Assembly (NCBI RefSeq): GCF_006345805.1
Contig: NC_043006.1
Coordinates: 84,320,001-84,384,000, forward strand
Direction of reading: 5' to 3'
DNA from: Octopus sinensis
Taxonomy: Eukaryota
DNA: 64,000 nt
How positions within the stretch are numbered: the stretch's first letter is position 1; every line of letters starts with the position of its first letter. The notes under the pieces were generated by a model. It made no database searches and was not told the DNA's origin. It worked only from the letters and a program-made list of their open reading frames with translations. A program made the translations under genes and the position numbers. Shown here in pieces: positions 36,258 to 50,115 of this stretch.

Positions 36258-36735
36258 TTACGTTCTGAGGTCGACTTTACTTTTCATCTTTTGAAATAAG
36301 TACAGTTCAAGAGTGGGGCTGATGTAATCGACTACCCACTCCACACAATTTCAGGCCCCTACCTTTATTAAAAAGCATTATTTTTTAATTCCTATTTCCC
36401 ATGGCTCTTTACGTTTGAAATTCTGCCGAGATAGACGTAGCCTTTCATCCATTCGGAGTCGATGAAATAAGTACACGTTTAAGACTGAGGACAATGTAAC
36501 CAACTATACTGCTCTCATCATTTCAGGTTTTGTGCCTTTATTAGAAAGCATTATTTTATAAATTCCTATTTCTTCTGGCCCTTTACGTTGTAAGTTCAAA
36601 TTCCGCCGAGATAGACTTTGCTTTTCATCCTTTCCAAGTTGATGAAATAAGTACCAGGCAAATACTAGGGTCAATGCAATTCATTTACCCCTCTCCCTAA
36701 ATTGCTGCTCTTGTGCCAAAATTTGGAACAATTAT
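36258..36735 (+). mobile_element. Head-to-tail triplication of 5'-truncated SINE A including a shared linker
   Basis: Three cores about 170 bp apart; the linker aaagcattatttt..aattcctatttc..ctttacgtt is repeated. Confidence 0.7.
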
Positions 36736-37226
36736 TTTTCTTCGTCTAAAGAGGCGATTTGGTAAAATCACAAGGGCTTTTCAATATTGTTTCAATATTC
36801 TTTTTGGGTCTGTACATCCTGACTTCAGATCCTGCCGAAATCAACTTCATCTTTTGCTTCTTTGAGGAACTGCTAGCCTTGTATCTGAATCGAAAACTAT
36901 TACAGGTCAGCGGGCTGGTAAGAATCGTTACAGCTTCGGAAAAATATGTTTTGCATTATTTCTCCTGGTCCTGTAAGTTCTGAGTTCAAATACAATCAAG
37001 ATCAACTTTGCCCTTCGTCTTCTCAGGGTTGAGAAAACAATCAATTACTTCTCGATGGTACCGACTGATATCTGCCCCTCAATATAGCCGGCATTGTCCC
37101 TGGATATCACATGACAATTTCTCCTCTCTTTTATCCTATATTGAACACATCCACACTATGATAATTTCTGTTGGTTTATTTATTTATCTATTTATTTATT
37201 GTCCTATATCGATAATGCTACTACAT

Positions 37227-37549
37227 TAGGACTGGCCAACCTGAGGCCCGTGGGTAGCATGCGGCCCACAGACTTTTATCTTGCGGCCCGCTTGATACTT
37301 TCTCGAAATGGATTTATTTAAACAAATATTTAAAAAATTTTCTGAAAAAATAAAGAATGTAATGAAAAGTAAAAAAGAAAGATACTACTGTTTTTGCAAA
37401 GATAATATTTCGTGTTGAACCAATGGTCATTCATTCATTATTGTAATAATAGCATTCAATTCTTTCAATTCTGTCAGTATACAAGCGGCCCTCAAGAAAC
37501 TTCCTGTGATTAAAATGGCCCGCAATGTAATTCGAGTTGGCTAGGCCTC
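37227..37549. mobile_element. hAT (Charlie-like) MITE
   Basis: Ends taggactggccaacc / gttggctaggcctc with subterminal gcggccc motifs. Confidence 0.65.
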
Positions 37550-37943
37550 CACTGCACCAATCGTGACAATTACTTCCATCTTTGAGTCATCAAAATATTT
37601 ATAAATGACTAATAACTTTTCTCCTAACAAAATGGCAAATTTTGGTGAAAAAGTCACTGTTCTTGCCACCATTTTATAAGAAATAAATCACCTAAGCATC
37701 TGCATCGCTTTGTGGTTAACAAGTGCGCTTCGCAACGACGTCGCTTCAATCTCAGTCTCATTGCACTGGCGTTAACTTGGGAAACTTAGGAACACAGAAC
37801 CCTTGTGTCACATAGCCAACTGGAAACGGGGTTTCCTTGGGCTAAATAGCAGTAGCATTTTTCCCTTTATAGACTAGTAGTCTATAAAATTCGACCTTTA
37901 ACTGTCTTCTTACATTTCATTACCACTAAATATATCTATTTCT

Positions 37944-38130
37944 TATTTCTTTATTGCCCACAAGGGGCTAAACACAGAGGGGACAAACAAGGACAGACAA
38001 ATGGATTAAGTCGATTACATCAACCCTAGTGCGTAACTGGTACTTAATTTATCGACCCCGAAAGGATGAAAACCAAAGTCGACCTCGGCGGAATTTGAAC
38101 TCAGACAAAATACCGCTAAGCATTCCGCCT
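37944..38130 (-). mobile_element. SINE family A with 17-bp target-site duplication
   Basis: TSD taaatatatctatttct at 37927-43 and 38131-47. Confidence 0.88.
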
Positions 38131-38668
38131 TAAATATATCTATTTCTACACCTTTAATCTTTATTTCTATTCACCTATCGCACTATATTTCTCCTCTCTA
38201 AGTGTTCTCCTAATTTCTTTTTTCTTCCTCCTCTTCGTATAAATTACCTTTGACGTTATATCTATCAACGGTTGTTTTTTAAAATAACTTACCAGCATTC
38301 CCTTCATCATATATGCAGTAATCACATTCAGTTAAAAAATCATATTGATGCGTTTTGTTTCTCTTTTTTTTCCCTGATGAGAAAATTGCATTGTTTTACA
38401 TTATTTTATTCCTTCTGGAATAATGCCAATGTTGTCTTCGAAACATATGCCGGAAGTATAAAGATTTGAATAATACCTGCGTTTAATTCCATTTATTTAT
38501 TTATATATGTTAATTAAAAACAATTCACTAAACCCAGGAATTTCTACCTTTATAAGTAGGCTGTTACATCCTTGATACCTATATGAATTTTTGTTACCCT
38601 GGCAACTATTTATTTGTTATTTGTATATTTTTGAAAAAACACATCCATTTATATATACACACACACAG

Positions 38669-38699
<31 letters not shown>

Positions 38700-38973
38700 T
38701 ACATATATACTGACATACGTATGTGTGTATGCATTATACGACGGAACTTAGTGCTGTGTTTTTACTGAGATCTCCCTTTTAGTAGAAAGAATAGCTATAA
38801 CTCTTTGACTGCTATTTCTAAATTCGGTGTGTGGTGAGGCAATTCGTTGCTAAACCCTTAATTGCTTAGTATTACTTAAATTTTCCTCGAATGAGGCTTT
38901 TACATGCCGAAATCTACTTGGTGTAATTAATAATTATTCCAAATTAATTAATTTCACCCTTTATTGTTACTGA

Positions 38974-38979
<6 letters not shown>

Positions 38980-39040
<61 letters not shown>

Positions 39041-39053
39041 TATATATATATTA

Positions 39054-39096
<43 letters not shown>

Positions 39097-39355
39097 CATA
39101 TATATAAACATATATATATATATACACACATATATACATATATATATACATACACACGCACACATACATGCATATATACACACAGGTTTTACTGATATCT
39201 AAGAATGAGTAGTCAATACATTCTACTGGGTGGACAGTCACTTCGAACTTTCGCCGATGAAGGCTTATTGAACATTAATAAATCTAGCTCGGTAAAATTC
39301 CCAATTCCTAGTTAACATCATCCTTAATACACACACAAACACACGTACACACACA

Positions 39356-39420
<65 letters not shown>

Positions 39421-39440
39421 ACACGCACACACACACACTC
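38980..39440. repeat. (TA)n and (CA)n microsatellites
   Basis: Direct reading: 38980-39180 and 39325-39440. Confidence 0.9.
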
Positions 39441-39789
39441 ACACCTATTAGCGTATGTGTGTTTTCTATATAACAAGCAACTTGTGTCCTCTCGGCTTAA
39501 CCTCAATTCTTCTTTTACAATACGGAACTCGCTTGGCGATTATGCTCGCAGAAATCCTATACTCTTCCATTTCCTCTCAGCGCGCTCTCTCTTCACATCA
39601 GAGGAATCAGATTATTCGACTGGGGCAGAAAACTGAACCAATCAGCTTATTATAACGATGCTTTACGGATCAATACTGGCTATCAGTTCTCGCAGTTCTT
39701 ATAAATATTACGCCAAACTTCGCATATCGCATCAGAGTCTCCTTCTCTCTCTTTTTTTTTTATATTCTTTATATTTTGCTGAGAGTTTT

Positions 39790-40350
39790 TCTCGCTAGTG
39801 CCTCTTCGCCATCACCGCCGTCACTGCCATTGCCGCCACTGTTGCCGCCACCAATGTCGCCGCCACTGCCGCCGCCCTGCCTCCCCCACTGCCGCCGCCA
39901 TTGCCGCCGCCACTGCCGCCGCCCTGCCGCTGCCACTGCCGCCGCCACGGCCGCCGCCACAGCCGCCGCCACTGCCGCCGCCACTGCCACCGCCACTGCC
40001 GCCGCCACTACCGCTGTCACTGCTGCTGTTACTTCCACTGTCACTTCCGTGCCGCCGCCGCTGCCGCCACTACCACCGCCACCGTCACCGCCTCCGGTGC
40101 TGTCGCTGGCACACTGCCATCGCAGTCCCCGCCGCGACGACTGAAACGACGACATGACGACGACACGGTAACGACACGACGACACGGTAACGACTCGACG
40201 ACTACGACGACGACGACCACCACCAACACCAACACCACCGCGACCACCACTGCCGTCGCCGCCTCAACAACGTCCATAACTTGAAGCAGCAGCATCACCA
40301 TCACCATCTCTACGGTGTCCAGATGTAGCACCAATCATCATCACCACCAC
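39790..40350. repeat. CpG-rich (GCC)/(CAC)/(GAC) degenerate triplet tract
   Basis: Direct reading. Confidence 0.9.
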
Positions 40351-41694
40351 AATGACGACGACGACGAAATTGAATGATTTTTCAGTCTGGCATCCGGTGC
40401 TTGACCTTCTACTGACGATTTGTAACTACGACGAAATACGAAATCACGCGGGTTCCAATGACATTTGGTCAACCGATAGGATTTCGATACTTCTCACCAT
40501 TTGTCGTTTACACGAAACGACTTTTCGGGACGTTGACCGCAGTCCGTCGCATTATAACAACACATCGTGACAGCATTCATCCCTTGATTGTTTTCATAGT
40601 CAGAGTGTGGAGCTGTTTAAGTACTTCCCTGAGTGTACATACGGATTTATCTCATCATTACAAGAAATATATAGTCTTCTAAGGTACTGTTTCTCTATCA
40701 AATATGCCGGTAATTTCCTCTTTATAGAATCTACTACAGCACCGAGGAAATTTGTGTAAGCCACGTTTTTTGATGAAGAGAAACGGAAGCACGCCATAAC
40801 TATTAATAAAGCCAATTAGTTTAATATTTTGGATTCATTACGGATTGATAATATTCTGATCTTAGCTGCTTCTGATTCTTTGGAAAGCATAACAGTCTTC
40901 TTTACCTTAGCAAAATCTACCAACAATCTATTCTTCCGATAATATTCCTCTCAAACATTTCAAAAACATCGTTTATTCGGCGCTGCATTATTCTGCATTC
41001 ATAATTATCGATCTCCGTATATTATTTTGTTTGTTATTATCCTCATCCGTGGTCATCAAGTCCCTACCTTTGTCTCCTCTTGAGAACAAAAGGACACAGT
41101 TAATTAAATTCCCAGCAAACTGATTGCATTTTACGCAAATCAATGGCTAGATATCTACAACTATTTTTTCCTTGTCTATGTAAAACAGCTGCCATTTCAG
41201 AAGCGGCGGCGACCAATGGAAATCTTGCGTGTCACAGTTGCTACGTTATATATGTGGGATATAAATAAATGCCTGTGTACTCAATGTACACTAACAACAA
41301 ACTCTTGATCAGTATAAGTATCAAGATGTGTACATTAAAGTGTGGACAAAAGTCATTGTTTTATTAGAGGCAGACAATAATCCAATTGAGAGAAGTTGAT
41401 ATACGACTCCTCGACCTCGCCTTGTCGAAATACAACCTCTAAAGACAGGTACCGATCATATTTTCCTACCGTCGAGGTGAAAATATGTTGTAACTCTGGA
41501 TTAAGAGCTGGTTCAAGCCATATTCAGTAAAACTGAATATTCTGTAAGAAGTAGGTTGAATCTGCCATTTTAGCTTTCATTATAGTTGAGTCATTTTTAC
41601 GTACTCCCAACCTGGACCTCTTCTTGGATCCTTAACTATATCTAGCATTCAGAACAAACAGAATTTAACCGAGACCTGTCCTCTTCTGCAGATA

Positions 41695-41948
41695 AATGTC
41701 TCCTCCTCCTCCTTTTGCCCTTCCTCTTCCTCGTCTTCCTCATCTTCCTCATCTTCCTCATCTTCCTCATCTTCCTCTCTCTTCTTCCTCTTCATTCTCT
41801 TCTTTCTCTTCTTTCTCTTCTTTCTCATCCTCCTCATCCTCCTCATCTTCCTCATCTTCCTCTCCTTCCTCTCCTTCCTCTTCTTTTTCTTCTTCCTCCT
41901 CTTCCTCATCTTTCTCTTCTACCCCTCCTCCTCCTCCTCCTCCTCCTC

Positions 41949-41984
<36 letters not shown>

Positions 41985-41985
41985 T
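41695..41985. repeat. Polypyrimidine (CTT/CCT/CAT) tract followed by (ACT)n
   Basis: Direct reading. Confidence 0.9.
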
Positions 41986-42610
41986 ATCGATAGCATCTCT
42001 CTGCCTTCCTACACTTTTTCTCCTATTATTTTTTGGTCCTTTATTTCTATTCATTTTCTTTTCTATCAATTTTTTTCTATTAATTTTTTCTTCCTATCCT
42101 TAATATATATCTATTGAAAAACGAAGGCTGTCTGGATAGGCACTAACTACAATGTATAATAATAGTTAATTATATTAGTTACGTTGTATTGTTAGTTAGA
42201 CCCAAATTGTCAGCTTTGTGATACAGATATGGGTACAGTAACGCTAAACACATGCGCGCGCAGACACACACACACACACACACACACAAGCTCATCATAA
42301 AAAGAAAAGTTCAGAGAGAAGAAAAAGAAGTGATTTTTTTTTTCACAACTGATTGAATATCTTATATCGGACATAAAAGACGGAGAAGCAAATAACACGA
42401 TCGTATGTTTTTATAATTTTGTGTTTTTTTTTTCTCGTATAATTTCATTGAAATGAATGTGAAAATATATCTTCGCATTCTTTGGAAAGATAAATTTCTG
42501 TCGCGACACATATGCGCAGTAAGAGTGTGGTTGTTCGGTAAGAAATTGCCGATCCCTCAACGTCGGCTGACGACGGGAGAGCCCATGACGTGCATACATA
42601 CATACATACA

Positions 42611-42671
<61 letters not shown>

Positions 42672-43174
42672 GTGTATCCGACCTAATACCATTTGTTAAT
42701 AACGTAAATGCAACACTGAAAGACTAACTTACTGCAGTGTTTGTCCAGAGATAACATCAGCTATGGACGTACTGTGCTGAATACAATATATATGTATGTA
42801 TGTATGTAAGAAACCAAAGTGTACGTACGCCGCCATATGTATATAAAAAGGAATAGAAAAAATGGGACAAGAACGCAAAATATCTAGACAGATGATACAA
42901 AAATGGGACAAGAAAAAACAAGGACGGGTCATTTGGAGTTTTCTTTCCTCAATCGAGTTCCAGATTATCTTTGCAATTTCGGCTGGTATACTCGAGATTG
43001 CTCCAATCTGGCCAGCCCCATGGAAAAACTAAGCTAAGAGCACTAGATTTCTTGGAAGAAAGCAGCGAATGTATATGGAAACAAGGACGAAAAAAAAAAA
43101 CGGAGAAATAGTACGCAGATACAAATGCAAACAGGACATCATTAACAACAGGTGTGTTTCGACTAAGGACGAAT

Positions 43175-43213
<39 letters not shown>

Positions 43214-43678
43214 TTTATATGTATGTATGTTTGTATGTATGCATATATGTATATAAATGTATATATATATACCTATGTGTATATATATATAGTATATGTG
43301 TGTGTATATATATATATATGTATGTGTGTATACATCTAAACAAACACGCACACGCACAAACACACACACGCACACACAATTTAACATTTCGTTTAGGCAT
43401 AGTGATATTAATAATATTCAAGGCTCTGAAGAAGCTACAGGATATTATCCTGGTACTCAACTTAGTGTTCACTATATTTTATAGCTGAAAGAGATGTAAG
43501 CTAATGAAGACCCTTACATAAAATTTGATTTCTCTGGTGTTTACATTTTCGCGGATGCTTGTATGAGCGAGTGTACACGCACCGCCATGCAACTTGCGCG
43601 AGGGCGTTTATACATCCATATTTGTTAACGGTTATTTTTAACACTTTTCTCGCTTTATTGCGTGTTCGTTTCTTTTTG

Positions 43679-43778
43679 NNNNNNNNNNNNNNNNNNNNNN
43701 NNNNNNNNNNNNNNNNNNNNNNNNNNNNNNNNNNNNNNNNNNNNNNNNNNNNNNNNNNNNNNNNNNNNNNNNNNNNNN
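43679..43778. other. Assembly gap (100 N)
   Basis: Direct reading. Confidence 0.99.
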
Positions 43779-43782
43779 GAGG

Positions 43783-43837
43783 GATGGGTGCTGATGAGGA
43801 GGACAACACCCCGCGAAATATGGCATATATACTCATT
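43783..43837 (+). ncRNA. Type I hammerhead ribozyme immediately right of the gap
   Basis: GATGGGTG-CTGATGA-G..C-GAAA-TAT-ggc-ATA-TA-TACTCATT: stem I 8 bp with G-U pairs, stem III 4 bp, AUA triplet, weak stem II. Confidence 0.6.
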
Positions 43838-44429
43838 ACCCATTTTTGTTTCCGGTCTGATCGTTTCGTTTGCATCTGACGTCTCGATACGAAACGTTGT
43901 AACAAAAATCAGTGCTGACTTATGACGTCAATAGCATATCTGTAGAAATACCCTTAACAAAATACTAAGAATGCTGAGTTTCGGAAGAAATACTGCAAGA
44001 CGTTCTGTCTATTGCTCACAAAATTCTGCTAATTTTGCTGCTTTTAAGACTAAGGAGATTAGTTCTATTATGGAAGTCTGCCTGGCTCTGTCTTTCTCCC
44101 TTCTCTTCTTTCCTCTTTCGGGAACGTTCTATCGTGCTCAAGCGATAATACAAAGTCGAGCAAATCCATCGTTTCGGAGATTTTCATTATTATACAAAAT
44201 GATTTGCATAAGATGTTGCTTGTTAGTACTTGCGGGTGTATGTGTGTGTGTGTGTGTGTGTGTGATGCACAGAATGAGAGAGGAAGAGGAAGTGTAGAGA
44301 GAGGGAGAAAGTAAGAGAGAGAGGAAGAGAGAAAGAGTGAGAGAGCGAGAGGAAGAAAGAGAGAGCAAGAGGAAGAGAGAAAGAGAAAGAGTGAGAGAGC
44401 GAGAGTAAGAGAGAAAGAGAGTGAGACAG

Positions 44430-44462
<33 letters not shown>

Positions 44463-44469
44463 TGAGAGG

Positions 44470-44501
<32 letters not shown>

Positions 44502-44666
44502 TGCTTTCGCGTGAGTTTATGCACAGATGCTTTCTACGTTTTCAATATGCCTGGCGTTGTTTAGTTTCAGATCTGTCTTAGCAAGAAGATGTCAGATCAA
44601 AAGCGTTCCGACGATGATCCTCCAGTGTAATTGGTGTCTAGTTTTGGAAAGTCTTGCGGCATACAT

Positions 44667-44716
<50 letters not shown>

Positions 44717-45148
44717 TACATGCACATACATATATACATGTTAATTACTAGTAACGGAAGCACTATTAGTTCAAAATTAGTGATATGTAATACATACTCA
44801 AAATGTAAATATGTCGAAAGCTTTCTTAACTGTGGTTGTCATTTTGAAAGAGTATGTCTTATGGACATAAGGGTTACTTTCTCCAGAAGAATACCGTGCG
44901 GAAACCCGTCGTATGAGCGCGTGCGTATGTATTGAAAGGTAGCCATTTCAAATGAGATAGCTTAACAGTTAACCTGTGTTTCTAAATCCATATCTATCCA
45001 TCTTTCAATCAGGAACTAAAGAAAATTTGTTTTTCGATTATCGTTTGGAATTATACGCATTTGAATAGATTACAGGGAGTATATCCAAGTCAAGATTAAA
45101 AATAGAGATTCGGTTTCAAAATTAATTTTATTATTGTCATATACTACA

Positions 45149-45582
45149 AGGCGGCGAGCTGGCAGAAACGTTAGCACGCCAGGCGAAATGCCTATCAGTA
45201 TTTCGTATGTCTTTACGTCCTGAGTTCAAATTCCGCTGAGGTCGACTTTGCCTTTCGTCCTTTCGGGGTCGATAAATTAAGTACCAGTTGCATACTGGGG
45301 TAGATCTAATCGACTAGCCTCCTCCCCATAATTTCAGACCTTGTGCCTAGAGTAGATAAGCATATACTTCAAGGGGGTAAGCTGGCAGAATCGTTAGTAC
45401 ACCGTGCAAAATGCTTAGCAGTCTTTCGCCCGTCGCTACGTTCTGAGTTCAAATTCCACCGAGATCGACTTTGCTTTTCACCCTTTCAGGGTCGATAAAT
45501 TGAATACCAGTTGAGTACTGGGGTCGATGTAATCGACTATCACCCTCCCCAAATTTCAGGCCTTGTGCCTATAGTAGAAAGG
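45149..45582 (+). mobile_element. SINE family A dimer enclosed by one target-site duplication
   Basis: Two full copies; attattgtcatatactaca at 45130-48 and 45583-601. Confidence 0.85.
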
Positions 45583-46339
45583 ATTATTGTCATATACTAC
45601 ATACTCTTGGATTATGTAATTCCCTACGTAACAATGAAAAGTTTGTTTCGCAACCTAATCTCCAGTTTTATTATGGTCTTGTTTGCATATATGTATGTAT
45701 GCATGTATCTATGTTTGTGTGTGTGTATATATATAACTATATACACACACCTCTCTGTGTGTCTCTGTCTCTTTATATATATATATATATATATATATAC
45801 TAGTATATATATATACGTATAAATATTTGTTGTGCAAGATTTTTTATGTGAAGTCGTGTGTTGAAATATGAAATATGACCATTCCGAAATATAACAATAT
45901 ATATATATATATATACATATATCATCAGCCATATGCTTGTATTTAAGTAGGAGTATTGAATTTATAACTATATTTGTGTACGTATATGTGTACCTGTACA
46001 TATGTGCTGTCTGTATTTGTTAGTTTGTGTTCGTATGCGTATGTCTCTGTGTATACACCTATTTAAATATGTGCTAGTGATGCTCTCCTTCGCGTATAGT
46101 TGTATATCGGTGCGGTGTTTTGCTTAAATTAATAGACGAGTGTAAATGAGTGTTTGTGTGTATTCATTTATGCGCAAGAACGTGAGCGGGAGATAGTTAG
46201 ATAGATAGATAAAGAAAGAGAGAGAGGTGAGGAGAAGGTATGAGGTATATTCAGATGATTTTAGGTGGATTAATTAAAAAATGGATACGTCAGCAGCGTA
46301 TTTTGGACGAGCAACAACCAAATCAAAAAATATCATTTC

Positions 46340-46825
46340 AGCCCTCGAAGCATCATATTTGTGACAGCTGTTGCAACCACTTCAGCAACCACATCAGCAA
46401 CACGCACAAGATGAACCAAAAAAATAACAACACGAATATCAATAATAGCAGAAGCAACGACGACAACAACAACAGCAATAACAAGTGGTAGAAGGCACAT
46501 TTAACGAAGAATGAACAGTCGAAGACCGGTATGGTGGATGGTGCGACGTATACGTAAATCAATTTGTTCTTTAATGACAATTCCGCAAATAGATTTCCAC
46601 AAATTAACACCAACGTCACCATCACAAATCTCGCCGCCAACATTACCAACACGATTACAATGGTGATGATGATGATGATGATGATGATGATCGTGGTCGT
46701 CGTCGTCGTCGTGGTGGTGGTGATGGAAATGATGATCCTGATCATCACAATCGTCGTCATCATCATCATCACGACCACCACGTCCACCACCACCACCACC
46801 ACGAACACCTCCACCACCGCAGTCG

Positions 46826-46869
<44 letters not shown>

Positions 46870-46905
46870 GCCACCACCACCACACCACCACCACCACCAC
46901 TCATT
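46340..46905. repeat. Mixed degenerate triplet repeats ending in (GCC)n
   Basis: Direct reading. Confidence 0.85.
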
Positions 46906-47253
46906 CCACTTCATCTGCTCATTTTCATAATAACCGTATAATGCTCATATATATTTTGTTAATACATACACGTGTAAGTGCGCGTTCATGCGTGTGCACG
47001 TTCTTCCCTGTGTGTGTGTGTGTGTGTGTGTTTGCGTGTGCGTGTCCGTTTGCACGTGTGTGTATGAGTGAATGTGTGTGAATGAGTGTATGTGTGTGCG
47101 CATTCATATCTGTTGGTACAAAGTATTATTTAACTAATGGTCGTGTCTTTTTGATCGAAGGGTGTACATGTGCATGTGTAGGCGTCAGTGTTGTGTGTGT
47201 GTGTGTGCGTGTGTGTGCGTGTGTGTGCGTGTGTGTGTGTGTGTGTGTGCGTG

Positions 47254-47300
<47 letters not shown>

Positions 47301-47607
47301 GCATATTGTCCAACAGTAACACATATTTATAGGATAGCACAGATCGAATTACAAATCCGTTACCATTCCATAAGCAAGAAACACATCTGGACAATATACG
47401 GACTCACACGCCTCGACAACAAGACGAGCACTCTCATTTACTCAAAAGACAAGATTAATAGATAAATGATATAATAAAATAAATTCAAATTATGCAACAG
47501 AAGCCATTTTATAACTTCAGCAGTGTCAGTCCATGAACTGTTCAAACGCCAGAAGCTGTAATTTTCCGTCCGAGAAAAATCCCTTTACAAGACATATTCT
47601 CTTTTTT

Positions 47608-47816
47608 ATTTTAATTGTTTCAGTCATTTAACTGCGGCCATGCTGGAGCACCGCCTTTAGTCGAGCAAATCGACCCCGGGACTTATTCCTTATAACCCTA
47701 GTACTTATTCTATCTGTCTTTTCTTCCGAACCGCTAAGTTACGGGGACGTAAACACAACCCATCGGTTGTCAAGCGATCTTGGGAGGACAAACACAAACA
47801 TATACACACATAGATA

Positions 47817-47890
<74 letters not shown>

Positions 47891-48135
47891 TATAGAATTA
47901 AGAGACAAAACCTCTATTAAGTAATTCAATTAATAGTGAAAGATATCTATAATAAATCATAGAGAAAGATTTTAAACATATTTTAATAAATATTATTCTA
48001 AAAATCACTAAATTAAATAAACATACACACACACACATACATATGAATAGATATGTGTGAATGAGCGTATGTGTGCGCGCATTCATGTCTGTTGGTGGTA
48101 CAAAGTATCATTTATCTTTATCAATATACTTTATC

Positions 48136-48167
<32 letters not shown>

Positions 48168-48322
48168 GATGTGTTTCTTTCAGTTTCCGTCTACCAAGTC
48201 CACGTCCACAAGGACCGAGGCTATAGTAGAAGACACTTTCCACAAGGTGCCACGCAGTGGGACTGAACCCGGAAACATGTGGTTGTTAAGCAAACTACTT
48301 ACCACACAGCCACTTCTGCGCC
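47608..48322 (-). mobile_element. SINE family B split within its central microsatellite (3' part 47608-47795, 5' part 48166-48322)
   Basis: Both halves are collinear with the family B consensus. Confidence 0.7.
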
Positions 48323-48910
48323 TATGTAAAGAAAAAAAATCAAAAACAGAATAAACAAAAAACCTAGTATACTTCAGAGCTGGGCGAAGTGAAAATAAGA
48401 GCGACAGATACAGTATTTCGCCATAATTAGATTAATTTTGATACTGATAATATTTACATTATGAGATTACTTCTGTTGTATAATTTGCGACACAACTGCA
48501 AATCAGCTAATCAGAAAATAGCTTATACACTAACTGTCTATACTAGAGACTAGCGATTCTGATTTCGTTTCGGGAGTAAGGTGACTACGCGGTATTGACA
48601 AGTCGCAATTGCAGCGAAACCCGCCGTTCTCGTCTTCAATTCTGGGGCAATTTCTTTTGACCTAGCCCTGAAACATACTGTGTTTCCTTGAACAACGTAC
48701 AGCATCTTCTGGCGTTTAAACAACACACGTACATTGAATATGTGGTGTTGGTAATATTTGCAATGAAATATACTTTTTACCACAAACATCAATGAGTGCT
48801 CGTACACCCCACCCCACGTCTTCTCTCTAAAGCACATACTATATCAACTATACAACACATGCACACGCTTCCACCACGTATAAACACACACAAGAACGCA
48901 AACATTCATA

Positions 48911-49146
48911 AGGCGGTGAGCTGGCAGAATCGTTAGTACGCCGGGCGAAAAGCGTAGCCGTATTTCGTCTGCCGTTACGTTCTGAGTTCAAATTCCGCCG
49001 AGGTCGACTTTGCCTTTCATCCTTTCGGGGTCGATTAAATAAGTACCAGTTACGCACTGGGGTCGATATAATCGACTTAATCCCTTTGTCTGTCCTTGTT
49101 TGTCCCCTCTATGTTTGGCCCCTTGTGGGCAATAAAGAAATAAGAA
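48911..49146 (+). mobile_element. SINE family A, full length, young-looking
   Basis: aggcggtgagctggcagaatcgttag (A box) ... gttcaaattcc (B box) ... ccccttgtgggcaataaagaaataaga. Confidence 0.92.
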
Positions 49147-50115
49147 TGAAAACATTCATTTCAGTGTAAAAAAAAGGGGAAATCTAGCTGACCCTGTGGA
49201 TAGCCCACGATTCATTTAGAAACCACCTCCAAGTACAACAGACCAATATGCCATTTTAAACGTTTTATTTATATATGTTACATATATATGTGTAAAGATA
49301 CATATAATGTACATAGTGCCTAATTAGATATATAGAATGTAAAACAAATAAATCGAATAAATTTAACAAATGATTGAATCAATTGAAATAGAATATTTTA
49401 CTCTTTTGTTATTCGAAGATAAACAATATTTTTCGAAAAAGTAAGAACTCTTTCAATTCCTACACATATGACAGCTAATGGTCTACACACACATACACGT
49501 GATCCTTCACCTGTTCACATACATATACACACACTCAGCTCGTTGTCGTCTGTATTTGCGCGCACGCCGGTAGCGTTCGTATGTGTGCACGTGTGTACGT
49601 GCTAGCAGCGTTCGCTTAAATCTCTCCCCTTCTCTCTCTCTTTCTCTCGCTCGCACACACACTTTTACCATCCCGTTTCTACAGCGCGACAGATTTTTTA
49701 CCCCACAGGAGTCTACCTTTAGCAATTTTAATATAAATAAATTATACTAGAGATTTATCGTGAAAGTACATTCCACGGGTAGATAATTCACAATCAATGA
49801 AATCAGAACAACTGAGTGTAAGCGGTAAACTATAAAATCTTTTTTCGAAATGATTGCGATCGTTATAATTGAATATCGATAATAACCAATAAAAGATAAT
49901 TTAAAAGCAATTTCATTGCCTAGCTACTTAAATAAGAAACTAATTAAAGATACAGTTAAAGTGAGTTATTGATTTTCTTATTTTTATATACGCACATTTT
50001 ACATCACCACTGCCATCACAACTGATAATAAAAACAACAACAACAACAACAACAACAATAATAATATAATAATAATAATAATAATAATAGTAATAATAAC
50101 AACAAGAGCAACAAC

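Noticed and set aside
38885-38915. cgaatga-GGC..GCC-GAAA hammerhead-like motif
   Set aside because: The core is not CTGANGA and stems I and III could not be paired.
40600-41090. Non-repetitive stretch with short minus-strand ORFs (possible exon or decayed transposase)
   Set aside because: No motif I could recognise and multiple stops; needs BLASTX.
42925-43030. Minus-strand GGCTGG..CCAGCC-GAAA stem, and the related ctgaagaaagaaaacttcgaatgacccgtc at ~24665
   Set aside because: Neither has both CTGANGA and GAAA in register. They are the same repeat family but cannot be supported as ribozymes.
48548-48845. Possible further Helitron end (actagcgattctgatttcgtttcggga)
   Set aside because: The hairpin is too degenerate and no matching other terminus was found.
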